DNA of 64,000 bases from Octopus vulgaris. Lineage: Eukaryota. Location of the stretch: contig OX597818.1 of assembly GCA_951406725.2 (NCBI GenBank), positions 96,844,001 to 96,908,000 on the forward strand. The letters are read 5' to 3'. The notes below the pieces were generated by a model. That model saw only the letters and a list, made by a program, of their open reading frames with translations, searched no databases and had not been told where the DNA came from. Below, piece after piece: positions 12,891-28,200 of the stretch; the stretch's first letter is position 1; each line of letters opens with the position of its first letter. The position numbers and the translations under genes are program-made.

Positions 12891-13181
12891 CGTTGGTCAT
12901 CTATTACACTGGAAATTAAACGTCATTGCGAGGCGCTGATGATTTTGCTGGAAGGAAAGGGAACAATGGTTTACTACCACTGATTTAAGGTTACAATTAG
13001 GATATTAGTAAGGGACAGAGTTTAAAGTACTATATGATAGCAATCTATCCTTTTTTTGCGAAAGATACCTTGATATGTCATTTTGGCTCTGTAGATAACA
13101 TGATATGTCATAATTATGATGTATTGTCTAAAAGAGATAAACGTGTCCACTTTTTTGCTAACAAAGTATTACTGAAATTGT

Positions 13182-13215
13182 TATAAAAGGGGAATATCTC
13201 AGAGGTTTCATCAGT
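13182..13215 (+). promoter_or_regulatory. hemocyanin core promoter: TATA box and initiator
   Basis: TATAAAA at 13182-13188, TCAGT Inr-like motif at 13211-13215 (~30 nt downstream), ATG at 13260. Confidence 0.7.
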
Positions 13216-13259
13216 GTTGCCTTCAACCGAAGACTGAACACTGACTTGAAGAAGTCGTG

Positions 13260-13295
13260 ATGAAGATTCCTTGTCTCTTTGCGATCGTCTTCGCC
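13260..13295 (+). CDS. hemocyanin exon 1 (signal peptide, MKIPCLFAIVFA)
   Basis: ATG downstream of TATA/Inr; hydrophobic; followed by a perfect GTAAGT donor, phase 0. Confidence 0.8.
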
Positions 13296-16200
13296 GTAAG
13301 TTGAGCAGATTTCTTTACTTTTTTATGCACGAATCGAAATCAACTTTTCTATTTTATTATTTTGTCCAATGAGGGAAATGGGACGGCTGAATCATTAGAA
13401 CGCAGGAAAATGCCTTGTGGCCTTTTTTGGGCCTTAACGTACTGGATTGAAATCTTTCCCAGGTTAACTTTGTCTTTCATCCTTTCGGGTGTCGAAAGTA
13501 CCAGGCTATTAATGCGGTCGATGGCATTAACTAAGCCCTTACACTCAAACAGCTGACCTGGTGCCTAAATCATAAACTGTTATCTTTGCACATTGCCGGA
13601 GAGTATATTGACAGAGTCATAAGAGCGTCGGATAATACGCTTTGTGATATTTGTCCCCGTTCTACATATTTTGAGTTCAAATCCTGCCGAGATCAACTTT
13701 GTCCACGCTCTTTATATTCTGAGTACAAGTTCCGTCGAGGTCAACTTTGCTTTCATTCTTTCGGTGTCTAAAATAAGTAACAGTTAAACACTGGGGTCGA
13801 TGTAAGTGACTTCCCCTCTCTCCTAAAACTTCTGGTCTTATCTAAAAATATGAAACCATTAAATGCAGATAGCTGGTAGAATTGTTAGCGCTTTGGGTAA
13901 GATTCTAGGCGCTGATTCTTATGGCTCTATAATTTCTGACATCAAATTGCATCGAAGTCCACTTTCATTATTTCAAGGTCGATAACGTACAGTTAAATAC
14001 TATCGTCGATATAATTGACCTGCATTTCCCTCAAAATTGCTGATCTCATCCCAAAATTAAAAAAACATTATTTCATACACTGAGGCCAGCGAGCCGGTAG
14101 AATAGCTAAGAGCGTCGAAATATGCCTTCGGGTATCTACGATATGAATTGAAACGATATGAGTTAACTGAGGTTAACTTTGACTTTCATCCTTACGGGGT
14201 CGATGAACAAAATTACCAGCCAAGTACTAGGATCGATTGTATGAGTTAATGCTTGCCGCTCATAACTGATAGCCTTGTGCTTACATCAGAAATGATTACA
14301 TTTGAACGTCACAGGGTAGCAGGTTGAGGGAACCAATACAGCGTCGCAAAATATATAGTGGGGTACTAATCACCGCTCTATATATTCGGAGTTCAAGTTG
14401 CGCCGAGATAAATGTAGCATTTCATCTCCTGGGGTCGATAACATGAAGTATCAACCAAGAACTGGGAATGATGGTACAAACGAAACCCTTCCCTCAAAAT
14501 TCTGGTGTAGTTCCTTCATTAGAAACCATTATTTTCCATGTCAAAAATCTTTTAAATGGTAAATGCAAGAAATAAAGAATTTCTATTGCTTTGTCTTCTC
14601 AATTCATAATTAATACAGTTTTTAAATGTCTTATATCTAGATATAATCGGAAACATTTCTTTTTTTTTTTTTCCTGCTTCTTTTAGTTCTGGCTTTGCGG
14701 ATACATCGCAGAAGGTATTAAATATTTCCTTTTTATATATTATAATTGTCATATTGTCATTTGATAGGGAAGCAATCAGAAGAGGGATCAGTTAGTTTGG
14801 CTAAGTATCGACATGTAAATTTCTCAAAATATACTACATAAAGAGGTGTTTTGGTCAGTGTGTGTCTTGTTAGAATCTACTAAATCTGAAACTGTTACTG
14901 CTGTTATAATAAAAAAAGGAATCACTATTCACTCCGCTAAGCTGATTTTAGCATAGATGTTACACTTTATTGCTCACATTTTGTAATCACAAATATAACA
15001 TCGAAGTTCTGTTACAAATCTGTATCGCATTGAAAACAGTAACGAGCTGCATATACAGTTACATAAGGTCGATGGGACCTGGAAAAAATGCGTCGACCAA
15101 AGATTATTTGTTCACTGGGTTGTAATTTATACCACAGAATATCATTCGAGACACAATTAGTAATGAAGAGAAATCTCTATTGATATGTACTCTACAGACA
15201 GTACTAAATATTTGAAGTTGCCCCAAACTTCTTACGGTCTCGATCTAAATAAATGTATACATTACAGTGAATTGTTTTGATGGAGCACAAAGCAGTTATT
15301 GCTCTAATCTTGCTTTGGAAATGATATTAAGATATTTTACAAACAAAAGAAGTACATATATTTTAAACCACGGTGCGAATCTAATGAATTAAGCGTTTAA
15401 AAAACAAAGTAGTAGGAGATATCTATTGTTGTTCGGGATAATTTTATTTTAGTTCGAATGTGTCTTTGTAGCACAAAAATATACAAACTTTGACTGACTT
15501 TGAAAATTAAGATAAATTGGCCTCAATGTAAGATTTGTAGATGAAACCGAAAGTAAAATATTTTGTCCGTATATATATTTACACACGTAAACTCATTTCT
15601 GCACTTAACAAATGGCATCATTGAAATCTCATTCGAATTATCTGCCATCAGGATTCTGCAGAGTTTAAGGTTATGCTGATAACGTTCACTAAGTACTTTA
15701 TAACTATGTTTATGGAAGCAGAGACAACGGTTCTAAATATACCCTAAATTGAGTGAATAATAAATTACAGTGATTATAAAATTCCTTTCTTATATTGCTA
15801 AAAGAACAAAAAAAGTGAAAAAACAGGAGGGTTCAGATATGTAACTAGATACTTCATTGTATTAGATGTGGCAGTCTACACCTTCAGAAACTTCAACAAT
15901 ATTTAGATAAAAGATAATACTAATTATATTTTTTATTTCTAACCATTTCAGGTAATTTAATCCGTAAGAGTGTGGAAACACTAACAGAAGATGAAGTTCT
16001 CAACCTACAGGTAGCTCTTCGTGTCATGCAGGATGATGCATCTCCAACTGGTTACCAAGCCATCGCAGCCTACCATGGTGAGCCAGCTGACTGTAAGGCA
16101 CCAGATGGAAGTACTGTGGTCTGTTGCTTGCATGGTATGCCAACGTTCCCTCTTTGGCATAGATTGTACCTTGTACACTTTGAGCAAGCAATGGCAACTC

Positions 16201-19200
16201 ATGGTTCCACACTTGGTGTTCCTTACTGGGATTGGACTCAACCAGTGGATCATCTTCCTGAGCTCGTTAGCCATCCTCTTTTTATGGATCCCTCTTCTCA
16301 CAAGGCTAAAAAGAACGTCTTCTACTCAGGCGATATCGCATTTGAGCAGAAGGTCACTGCTAGAGCCGTTGATACAAGATTGTTCCAATCTTCAAAGGGA
16401 GGAAAGAACTTCTTATTAGATGGTATTCTCTTAGCTTTAGAGCAAGAAGACTATTGCCATTTCGAAGTTCAGTTTGAAGTTGCTCATAATCCAATCCACT
16501 ATCTCGTTGGTGGTCGCTTTGCTCATTCAATGTCTAGTTTAGAGTATACTTCATACGATCCACTCTTCTTCTTGCATCATTCGAACGTTGAACGTCTGTT
16601 TGTTATTTGGCAAGCTCTGCAGAAGCATAGAGGTCTTGACGGTAGTGCCAACTGTGGCTTGAACATGTTCCATAAGCCAATGGAACCGTTTGGTCGTGAC
16701 ACCAATCCTATTAGTCTTACTAAAGACCACGCCAAGGCTGTTGATTTGTTTGACTACAACGAATTAGGATATGATTATGATGATCTTCACCTCAATGGAA
16801 TGGACATTCCACAGCTAGATACGCTTTTGAAAGAACACCAACAGCACCCGAGAGCATTTGCTAATTTCAGATTAGGAGGTATCAAGACCTCTGCCAACGT
16901 TCGAGTCGCAGTTTGTGTTCCAACCGATGACAAAAGACACAGCGATAACTGCAACAATCATGTCGGTTCTTTCTTTATTCTTGGTGGTGTACACGAGATG
17001 ACCTGGAACTTCGGTTATCCCTTCCTCTTTGAGATTACAGATGTTGTCAAATCTCTCGGTGTTCCTTTGGATGGCAACTATTACATTCATGCTGATGTTA
17101 CTGCAATTAATGGCACTCTCTTACCCGATGGCACAATCCCAAGACCGACTGTCACATATATTCCAGCTCATGACTTTAAAGATGGTAAGTAGAAATCATT
17201 TATATATTTAGAGAATTTTGAGAATTCTGTTTATATTGCCGTATAAGCTGAATCTCCAATTACGTTCTAAACATAAAACTGAGTCACCAAATACCCATTG
17301 GGTTCATCGTCACACCTTAAAATATTTCCAAACGGGAGAATCTTTTCGCATAATACGAGATCGCATCATAGATGCAGAATAATTAAAGTAGGATCGTCAG
17401 AATAACAACATTCTTTAGAATCACTTGCTTAAATTTCATATTTATTTCATTTACTCCTTTTCAACAAATATTCCTTTTTTTAAAAACCTGTCCAGTTTTT
17501 TACCAAATTTTGAAGTTTATCTTCCTCTGTTTTTAACAATAATTCTGTATTATAAAACATGTAAATTTCTCGATTTAATATAAGAAGAATACGTTGTAAT
17601 GGACTTACATGAAATGAACCTGTGAAACACCAATTATAGTATGAAAGTAATAGATATGATAATTTCTCCAACATATGTTTTTAAATTTTCTTGACAACTT
17701 AAAACCATTATAAGATGTATGTTTAATATATATAATGTTTTTCCTTAGTGTCTCATTATATTGTCGTATATGTCTTAAATCATTATCAAGAGAGGTCACT
17801 TAAAGTGATGTAATTTCATAAACTAAACGGCCAAAGTATTAAAACCATATCCTATAAAGTTGTACTTTTTCATAATGAACATATTGTTTTTGTATTCTTC
17901 AAAAGTTATCACTTTGACTTTTTATAGCTGATATGGCACCAGTAGATAGAACTGGTTTAACCGTCCGTAAAGATCTTCGTAGTTTGACTATAGAGGAAGA
18001 GCATGAACTGAGAATTGCCATGGAACGTTTCATGGATGATAAATCCATTGACGGTTACCAAGCCTTAGCTGAATTCCATGGTCTTCCAGCAAAATGTCCA
18101 GAACCTGATGCTATCAACCGTGTTGCATGCTGTGTTCATGGAATGTCCACTTTCCCACACTGGCACAGACTTGTTGTCATACAGTTTGAAGATGCTCTTA
18201 TTGCCCGTGGATCCCAGATAGGTGTTCCTTATTGGGACTGGACGAAACCTAGCTCAGAATTGCCACCTCTGGTTGCTGCTGAAACATATGAAGATCCTTA
18301 CACAAAAGAAGTAAAACCAAATCCTTTCTTCCATGCACCAGTCGAGTTTTTGCACAATGATGTCTTTACTAAAAGAAGCGTTGATGCAAGGTTTGTAAAT
18401 TTCATAATATTTTAGATATTGTATCCTGAAATAGCTTCATTCAAACATTTAACAATAAACCTTATTTTTCATCCTCTTCCAAAACCTAGTTTAATTAATA
18501 ATTGGTAATACAGTGTTTCTTCATCAATCACACAGAAATCTTTACGATATCTATAACTACAAAGGTAACAGCAGGGGCCACATGACGCTTTCAAGTTAGT
18601 AGATGTCTTCGGATAAAACATTGGAAATTTGTTATTGTTAAGTGTACAAATGTTAGGTTTGAATTTTTAATTTAATTTCTTCATCAATCACAAAGAAACC
18701 TTTACGGTATCTATAATTACAAAGAATCACATATTTTCAAGTTTCTAGATGTCTTGCGATAAAACATTACAATTTTTCCAGTAATATAAAACTCAAATAT
18801 ATGTTACTGAAACTACTTCCCCAAAACTTTTGTGGTATCCTTCAAACACTCTAATATATACTTTTCACCCGGGACAGTATCTTTATTACTATTAAATGTA
18901 TAAATGTTAGATCTGAATTTTAAATTTAATAGAAAACTTTAATGTTCCTATCTGTTTACGTCTCAATTCCTCACATTTAATAAATACCGTTGAGAAACGC
19001 GCAAAAGATGGCGCTAATTCCTTCTAAATACATGTTAAACTACTTACCGGTCAGAAATATAAAGCCCTATATATGTTGTATGAGTTGTATTTTAGTTATT
19101 ATTCGTATATGAATCTGTATAGATTTCATTACTTTCATATTTATGATCTGTTTTCATTCTAATTGATTAGATTGTTTGAGAAACCAACAAAAGGACATCA

Positions 19201-22200
19201 CGGATATCTCTATGACGGTATGATGTTAGCCTTCGAAGAAGAAGATTTCTGTGATTTCGAAGTGCAGTTCGAAGTTACCCATAATGCAATTCATGCTTGG
19301 GTTGGTGGCAATGAACCTTATTCTATGTCGTCTTTGCATTACACGTCATTTGATCCCCTCTTCTGGCTACATCACTCACAAGTTGATAGATTGTGGGCAG
19401 TATGGCAAGCATTGCAGATCCATCGTGGAAAACCCTACAAACCATACTGCGCTCTTTCAGAGGTCCATCGTCCTTTGAAACCATTTGCCTTTGAACCACC
19501 ACTGAATAACAACAAACATACATATCGCCACGCAGTACCAACAGAGGTTTATGATTATCAGTCAGACCTTCATTACACTTATGATACGCTCTTCTTCGGA
19601 GGAATGTCCGTTAGAGAGCTTCAGAGACATATCGAAGAAGACAAGGCTAAAGATCGTGTGTTCGTTGGCTTCCTTTTGATGGGTATCAAAACATCAGCAA
19701 ATGTTGACATCACTGTCGACAGTGCAGGTAACACATACAATGCTGGATCAATAACAATCCTTGGAGGCAGCAAAGAGATGGAATGGAGATTTGATCGACT
19801 TTACAAGTATGAAATTACTGGAGCACTAGCTGAACTTGGTCTAGATATGCGCGCTGATTATAGCATAACCTTACAAATTACCGATATCAATGGAACAGCT
19901 CTTCCATCCACCGCAATTCCAGATCCAATTGTGATATTCACTCCAGGAAGAAGTAAGTGCTGTGAAATGTCTTCTCATTCTTGATTTATTCATAAAAATA
20001 TATTCTAAATATCAAACTAGATATAAACTGTATTCACCACACTCACTCGTTTTTATTATAATTTGATTTTGTTAATAACATTCTCATTGAAGTTAATTTT
20101 AATTTCATAAACATAACAGGTTCAAGAATCTCATGACGATTTTGTTTTGGATTTTTTTCAGAGGAATCAGACGTTGTCTTTGACGAATTATATCGTTCCA
20201 GACAAGACGTTTCTTCATTGACCCATGCAGATATGAATTCACTTAGGAAGGCTTTACAAGCTTACGAAGACGATAAAAGTCCCAATGGATATCAGCAAGT
20301 AGCTGCTTTCCACGGTTCCACACAATGGTGTCCTAGCCCTGATGCTGCAGTCAAATATGCTTGCTGTCACCACGGAATGGCAACATTCCCTCATTGGCAT
20401 AGATTGCTGACAATCAACTTTGAAAACGGTCTGCGAAGAAATGGTTATCAAAATGGTATTCCTTACTGGGATTGGACTCGCCCGATTTCGGAACTGCCTG
20501 CTCTGGTAAAAGAAGAAACATATCTCGATGAAAATGGGGAAGCTCACCCGAATCCATTCTTTAGTGGCGTTATTGATGAAGCTGGTGCTCAAACCACCCG
20601 AGCTCTTAATCCAGAGCTATTTGTTCAACCTCCTTTCGGAGAATTCACTCCCTTGGCAAATGAAGTTATGTACGCTTTAGAACAAGAAGACTTTTGTTCG
20701 TTCGAAGTACAATTCGAAATTGCTCATAATCACATCCATGCACTTGTTGGAGGTGGAGAACAGTATTCTATGTCATCACTTGAATACACAGCCTACGATC
20801 CTCTTTTCATACTTCACCATTCAAATGTTGATAGAGTTTGGGCCATTTGGCAAGCTCTGCAAAAGTTCCGAGGACATCGATACAACAGTGCTAACTGTGC
20901 TATTGAAACTCTACGTAAACCAATGTCTCCTTTTAGTCTCACCAGTGACATCAATGTTGATTCAATGACTCGAGAACATTCAGTTCCTTTTGATGTGTTT
21001 GATTACAAGAAGAATTTCCATTACGAATATGATGTTCTTGAATTGAATGGATTATCTATTCCAAAGTTACACAGAGAAATTAACAGACGTCGTATGAAGG
21101 GTCGCGTTTTCGCTACTTTCATGCTCGAAGGTATTAAACAGTCTGCATTAGTTGAATACTATATCAGGGCTCATGGTGCTACTGATCAGGTGAAAGCTGG
21201 AGAATTTTATGTTCTGGGTAGTGCTAACGAAATGCCTTGGAAATTTGACCGAGTTTACAAAGCTGATATCACGAAGCAGATGAAGGAAGCACATCTACAT
21301 TATAACGACCAATATCACATCGAATATCACGTGAAAGACTTGGCTGGAGCTGAAATAGCCGATGTTAATCTTGAACCTGCAATTGTCTACGAACCAGGTC
21401 TTGGTAAGTAACCATTATTATGTAAGTGCGACAAATGCTACAATAGAAACAAGAACCGATATTCTTTGGAGACTGACTTTTTGGCTTCATACTATAAGCT
21501 AAATTTCAAACGATATTTATTTTAACTTCACAAAATCGTTAAAAATATGTAAAAAAAATGTAACTGTAAAATTTTAAAATGTAATTATATAAGTTTTTAT
21601 TTTCTCGAACGTTTATGTTTTATCAATAGCTAGCTGACCCTGCGCCGTCAAAAGTGACGGATAATTGTAGTATTTTATATATAAAATTTGATAGCAAATC
21701 AAATTAATACACTTGTCAATGTTATTTAGTGGTTCTCTTTTGAGATGTGACATCAATCATTGCTTGTTACTGAAAGAACGCTGGTTCACACATAAAAACA
21801 TTCACATATTTCCGTTGCTCATGCACACACATACACACATATACTCACACAGGGTTGAAATGCTGTGAGATTTTTCTTTTCATCGTTGAATGTTCATCCT
21901 CCCACTTCCATTGTACACACACACACACACACACACACATGCACACACATACACACACAATAATTCACATACCTCCCTTTTGCATACACATGGACATTCT
22001 CACGTTGAAACGCCCCCACTATCTGTCTGCCACCAGTCCGTCCTTCCTTCTTTTCTCATTCATATGTTGTGACGGAGAAAAACGCCAGAGTATTATTATA
22101 GTAAATTCTTTGTGTTAAGAAAATATTAATGTAAAATATGAAATACAACATTTAACTATTTCAATTAATCAATATTCAAAATTTTTTCTACAGGTGATTT

Positions 22201-25200
22201 CGGCGAGGTGGGTGTATGGGTTGAACCTGTAACCAGTGCAAACCGAATTAGAAAGAATCTCAACAGTCTTACTACCGGCCATATCGAATCACTGAGAAAT
22301 GCTTTCAAAGATATGACAACTGATGGTAGATACGAAGAAATTGCCGCATTCCACGGATTGCCGGCTCAGTGTCCTAACAAAGATGGTAGTAAAGTATATA
22401 CATGTTGTATTCATGGTATGCCAACTTTTCCACACTGGCATAGATTATATGTTGCTCTAGTAGAGAACGAATTATTAGCCAGAGGTTCCGGTGTAGCTGT
22501 ACCTTATTGGGATTGGATACAACCATTTGATCAACTTCCAGCTTTGGTCAATGAAGCCACTTACTACAATTCAAGAACGCTTCACATCGAACCAAATCCA
22601 TTCTTTAAAGGAAAGATTTCTTTCTTAAATTCAGAAACCAAGCGAGATCCACAACCTAAATTATTTGGTAACAAATACCTTTACGAACACACACTTTTCG
22701 TCTTGGAACAGACTGACTTCTGTGAGTTTGAAGTCCAGTTTGAAGTACTTCACAATACTATCCACTCGTGGCTCGGTGGCCGTGATCCTCACTCTATGTC
22801 GTCGCTGGATTTTACAGCTTATGATCCAATCTTCTTCCTTCATCATAGTAATATTGATAGGATATGGGCAATTTGGCAAGAATTACAACGTTACCGAAAG
22901 CTACCTTACAATGAAGCTAATTGCGCATTGCCTCTGCTTAATGTACCTATGCGACCATTCAGTAACACTACTGCAAATCATGATCGGATTACACTCACTC
23001 ATAGCACTCCAAATGATGTCTTTGACTATCAAAATGTTTTACACTACAAATATGACACTTTGTCCTTCTTTGATCTCACTATTACCCAGTTGGAACATCT
23101 TATTGAAGAGAGAAAGGCTCATGACAGGATTTTTGCTGGATTCTTACTTCATGGTGTCAAAGCTTCGGCTGACGTACACATTTACATTTGTGTACCTACT
23201 TCTAAGCATGAAGAAAACTGTGCTCACGAAGCTGGTGTCTTCTCTGTCTTGGGAGGAGAGTCCGAAATGCCATGGCAATTTGACCGTTCCTTCCGATATG
23301 AAATAACAGATCAGCTGAAGTTGTTAGGTCTCAACCAAAACAGCCATTTCCGTATTAAAACTGAAGTCATAGCTGTCAATGGATCATCAATCCATGCTAA
23401 CATTTTCCCAAATCCAACTATTATTTATGTTCCAAAACAAGGTAAGAGATATATTGTTTTTTCTATTTTTATTCCATTTCCATTTTTATTCCAATCTCAA
23501 GCACAGAATGCGACGGCCTATTGTTCTGATGGCATTTGCAGCTGTTTGAGTCAACAGAAAATTCATTATTCACCCAGTAACCTAGCATAGTTTTTCATGA
23601 CTAAGATCATTACGAGCTAACGAGGCACTTCTCAGTTTTTCCCCCCTTTGATCTCTCCTTAGAGTTATGTATTATATGGCAGTTAGGCAGTTGCTTGAGT
23701 CAACAGAAAATTCATTATTCATCCAATAACCTAGCATAGTTTTTCTGAAGTGAAGAGCTTTTTCATGACTAAGATCATTACGAGCTAACGAGACACTTCT
23801 CAGTTTTTTCCCCTGTGATCTCTACTTACAGTTCTGTATTATATGGCAGTTAGGCAGTTATTACTTGTTCCATTTGTTTTATGAAAGTTTTCGAGACTAA
23901 GTGACAAACAATAGCATACGGTCTCACTTTTCTATTTAAGGAGTAATCTGCATATGTTAATTCTAAATAATCTAATATGTTAATTCTACATAACAAGTAA
24001 CAATAACTCTATTCCAATATCTTTTCAGGTCATTTAGCTGACTTCAAACATGAAGAAAGCAATGGAAATCTTGTACGAAAGAATGTTGAACGACTCTCTT
24101 TGTCTGAGATGAATTCATTGGTACATGCTCTCAAAAGAATGCAGAAAGACAAGTCATCTGACGGTTTTGAAGCAATCGCATCATTCCATGCTCTGCCTCC
24201 TCTTTGCCCAAATCCGACTGCCAAACATAGACACGCCTGTTGTCTTCATGGTATGGCTACGTTCCCTCACTGGCACAGGCTCTTCGTTGTTCAGTTTGAA
24301 CAAGCTTTACATAGACATGGAGCTACAGTTGGTGTTCCTTATTGGGATTGGACCCGTCCTATTTCAGAGATTCCTGCTTTCATAGCCTCTGAGATGTATT
24401 CTGACCCTTTCACTAAGATAGAATCGCATAACCCATTTAATCATGGTCATATTTCTTTCATCAGTGAAGACACTATGACTAAACGTGAGGTCAGCGAATA
24501 TTTGTACGAACATCCTGTATTGGGAAAACAGACATGGCTCTTTGATAACATCGCTTTAGCTTTGGAACAGACTGATTATTGTGATTTCGAAATACAATTA
24601 GAGATTGTTCACAATGCCATTCACTCTTGGATCGGTGGAAAAGAAGAACTTTCCTTGAACCATTTGCATTATGCAGCCTATGATCCATTATTTTTCCTAC
24701 ATCATTCTAATGTCGATAGATTGTGGGTTATTTGGCAAGAACTGCAGAAGCTGAGGGGTCTCAGTGCCTATGAATCTCATTGTGCTCTTGAGCTTATGAA
24801 AGTCCCATTGAAACCGTTCTCCTTCGGAGCCCCTTACAATTTGAATGCACTCACCACTAAATTGTCCAAACCTGAAGACATGTTCAGATACAAAGACAAC
24901 TTCCATTATGAATACGACATCCTAGATACTAACAGTATGTCTATTAATCAGATAGAGGCATATATCAGACACCAAAGAGAACACGATCGTGTTTTTGCTG
25001 GCTTTTTGTTGAGTGGATTTGGTTCATCAGCATATGCAACATTTGAGGTAAGTATAGAGACAAATCTTATTATTTATCGAAAGAATTCTAAAACAATATC
25101 ATGTTTCTAAAATTATTTGCCAAAACCTTATTTAAGAATTGCATTAAATTTGTTTTTTCATAAAATATAAAAGATTAAAGAAATTACTGAATACTGTAAC

Positions 25201-28200
25201 ACTTCCTTTTCTCAATTTTATAATTAGATTCCACCCAATTTCGGAGATATAAAATGTAATATATAAATGAATATTGAGATAATTATTCCACATTTTTCTT
25301 AAATGGATAATGTAATATAATTATTAGTACATCTTAGGTAAATTAATGACCTGTGTACATAAATATATAAAGAGTGTATATATTTCGTCTCTCTTTTGAT
25401 GTATTTTAGATCTGCGTTGAAGGAGGAGAATGTCACGAAGGAAGTCACTTTGCTGTGCTTGGAGGCAGTACAGAAATGCCATGGGCCTTTGACCGTCTCT
25501 ATAAGATAGAAATTACTGATGTTCTTGCTAATAATAATTTAGCTTTCGATTCACCTTTCACAATTAAGACGAAAATAGTTGCTCATAATGGAACCGAATT
25601 GCCAGCAGGCATTCTTCCTGAAGCAACTGTAGTAAGGATCCCACCAGCCAGTAAGTGCCTTTACTTCCTATAATATATAAATACAAATATTTATGCATAA
25701 ACAGGTCGACATTTCACACTAATTTTCTATTCTTTCAATTATCTTTTCAGAGAAAGACATCGATGTTGACATTCCACTAAATCATATCCGACGAAACGTT
25801 GATTCTTTGGACGAAAGAGATATCCAGAATCTTATGGCAGCACTTACACGTGTTAAGGAAGACAAAAGTGACCATGGATTCCAGACTATCGCTGGTTATC
25901 ATGGTTCAACGATGTGTCCTAGTCCAGATGACCCAAAATATGCCTGTTGCCTACATGGAATGCCAGTCTTCCCACATTGGCATCGTGTTTATTTGTTACA
26001 TTTTGAAGATTCTATGCGCCGACATGGCTCCAGTGTTGCCACTCCTTATTGGGACTGGACAGATAAGCTTACGAAACTGCCCAGACTTTTAGGAGATCCT
26101 GACTACTATGATGCTTGGACTGATAACGTAATCGAGAATCCTTTCCTTAGAGGCTACATTGAACATGAAGACACCTACACAGTCAGAGACATAAGACCGG
26201 AACTATTTGAAATCAGTGGAGGAGAGGGATCTACACTTTACAGACAAGTACTTCTCATGCTTGAACAAGAAGACTATTGCGACTTCGAAGTGCAATTTGA
26301 AGTTGTTCATAACTCTATTCACTATCTTGTTGGTGGTCACCAGAAATATGCCATGTCCAGTTTGGTTTATAGTTCCTTTGATCCTCTCTTCTACATTCAT
26401 CATTCAATGGTAAATAGCAAATAATTCATATATTTACCTTCATTTCTAATAATATTGTCTTTCTTTCCATAGTTTTCAAAATTATAATATTATGAAGTAA
26501 AATTAAATCTTCTTTCATCATGCTACTTCTGCAAAGATCAACATCTTCTAACAGTCTTTCGTATATTTCAGTCAGTTGGAACGAATATATTTTATAAATA
26601 GCTTTCTTGATTCACTTTGTTATTTCATCACATATTTTGGTGACGTTTTAAGTGATTTTCATCGTGTAAAGATCATTGTATCATTGTTCCGCCATAGAAG
26701 GACGTTTTTCCTATCTTTTCTTTCTCATTAAATTCAGGTTGATCGTCTCTGGGCTATTTGGCAAGCTCTCCAGGAACACAGAAAATTACCTTATGATAAA
26801 GCTTACTGTGCCCTAGAGCAACTGTCATTCCCGATGAAGCCGTTTTCTTGGGAAACCAACCCGAATCTACATACACGAGCTGCGGCAACACCACAGCATC
26901 TATTTAACTACCATAAACTTGGTTATAAATATGATAATCTTGACTTCCATGGAATGGATATTGATCAATTGGAGAAGACTATTCATAAACACCAGAACAC
27001 AGACAGAGTTTTTGCTTCATTCTTACTTTTTGGCATCAAAACTTCAGCTGATGTCCATTTGAAACTCTGCAACGACACAACTTGTGAAGACGCTGGTGTG
27101 GTCTTTGTACTTGGTGGCGACAATGAAATGCCATGGCATTTTGATAGAACATACAAGATGGATATTACTCATGTTATCCATAAAATGCATATTCCTCTGG
27201 AAGACCTGTACGTTCACGGAAGTACTATTCACCTTGAAGTTGTAATTGAAACAGTTGATGGAAAAGTATTAGATTCCAGTTCTTTACCTACTCCTACAAT
27301 GATATATGTCCCAGCTAGAGGTTTGTTGAATATTGTATTCTCTTTCTAACCTTTTTCTCTTCTCTTTAACTTTACGTCAAATATCAAGTTATTTTTGTCA
27401 GTTGACTGTTAAAACTGTTACCGTCTAAGTTTGTCCATTTGTTCATATATTTCGACGAATCCATTGTTCAAAACAGGTATTCATTTTTTGTTCTTCTACA
27501 GATTTCAAGAAAGAGGTACACAAGATAGCCGCAGAAGGTGCCATAATCAGGAAGAATGTCAATAGTTTGACTCCAACTGACATCAAAGACCTAAGAGACG
27601 CCTTAGCTAAAGTACAAGCTGACTCTTCTGACAATGGTTACCAGAAAATTGCTTCTTATCACGGAATACCTCTCAGTTGTCATTATCCCAACGGCACAGC
27701 TTACGCATGTTGTCAACATGGAATGGTAACTTTCCCTCACTGGCATAGATTGTTAGTTAAACAAATGGAAGACGCTTTAGTTGCTCATGGTTCTCACATT
27801 GGTATTCCCTACTGGGACTGGACAACTACTTTCGCTCATTTACCTGTACTGGTCGCTGAGAAGGAAAACAACCCCTTCCACCATGCTCATATCGATGTTG
27901 CTAATAAAAATACAACCAGAGCACCGAGAGCTCAACTTTTTGATGATCCAGAAAAAGGAGATAAATCATTCTTCTACCGCCAGATAGCACTTGCTCTGGA
28001 ACAAACAGATTTCTGTGATTTTGAAGTCCAGTTCGAAATCGGCCATAATGCTATTCATTCTTGGGTTGGAGGTAGTAGTCCATATGGTATGTCAACCCTT
28101 CACTATACTTCCTATGATCCTCTCTTCTACCTTCATCACTCCAATACTGACCGTATTTGGGCTGTATGGCAAGCATTGCAGAAGTATCGAGGATTGCCTT

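Noticed and set aside
12229-12939. 200-aa ORFs (poly-Met/Val, Asp/Gly, Ile/Thr, His)
   Set aside because: Products of triplet microsatellites that are open in many frames; no splice or homology support. The same applies to 33994-34705 and 9966-10238.
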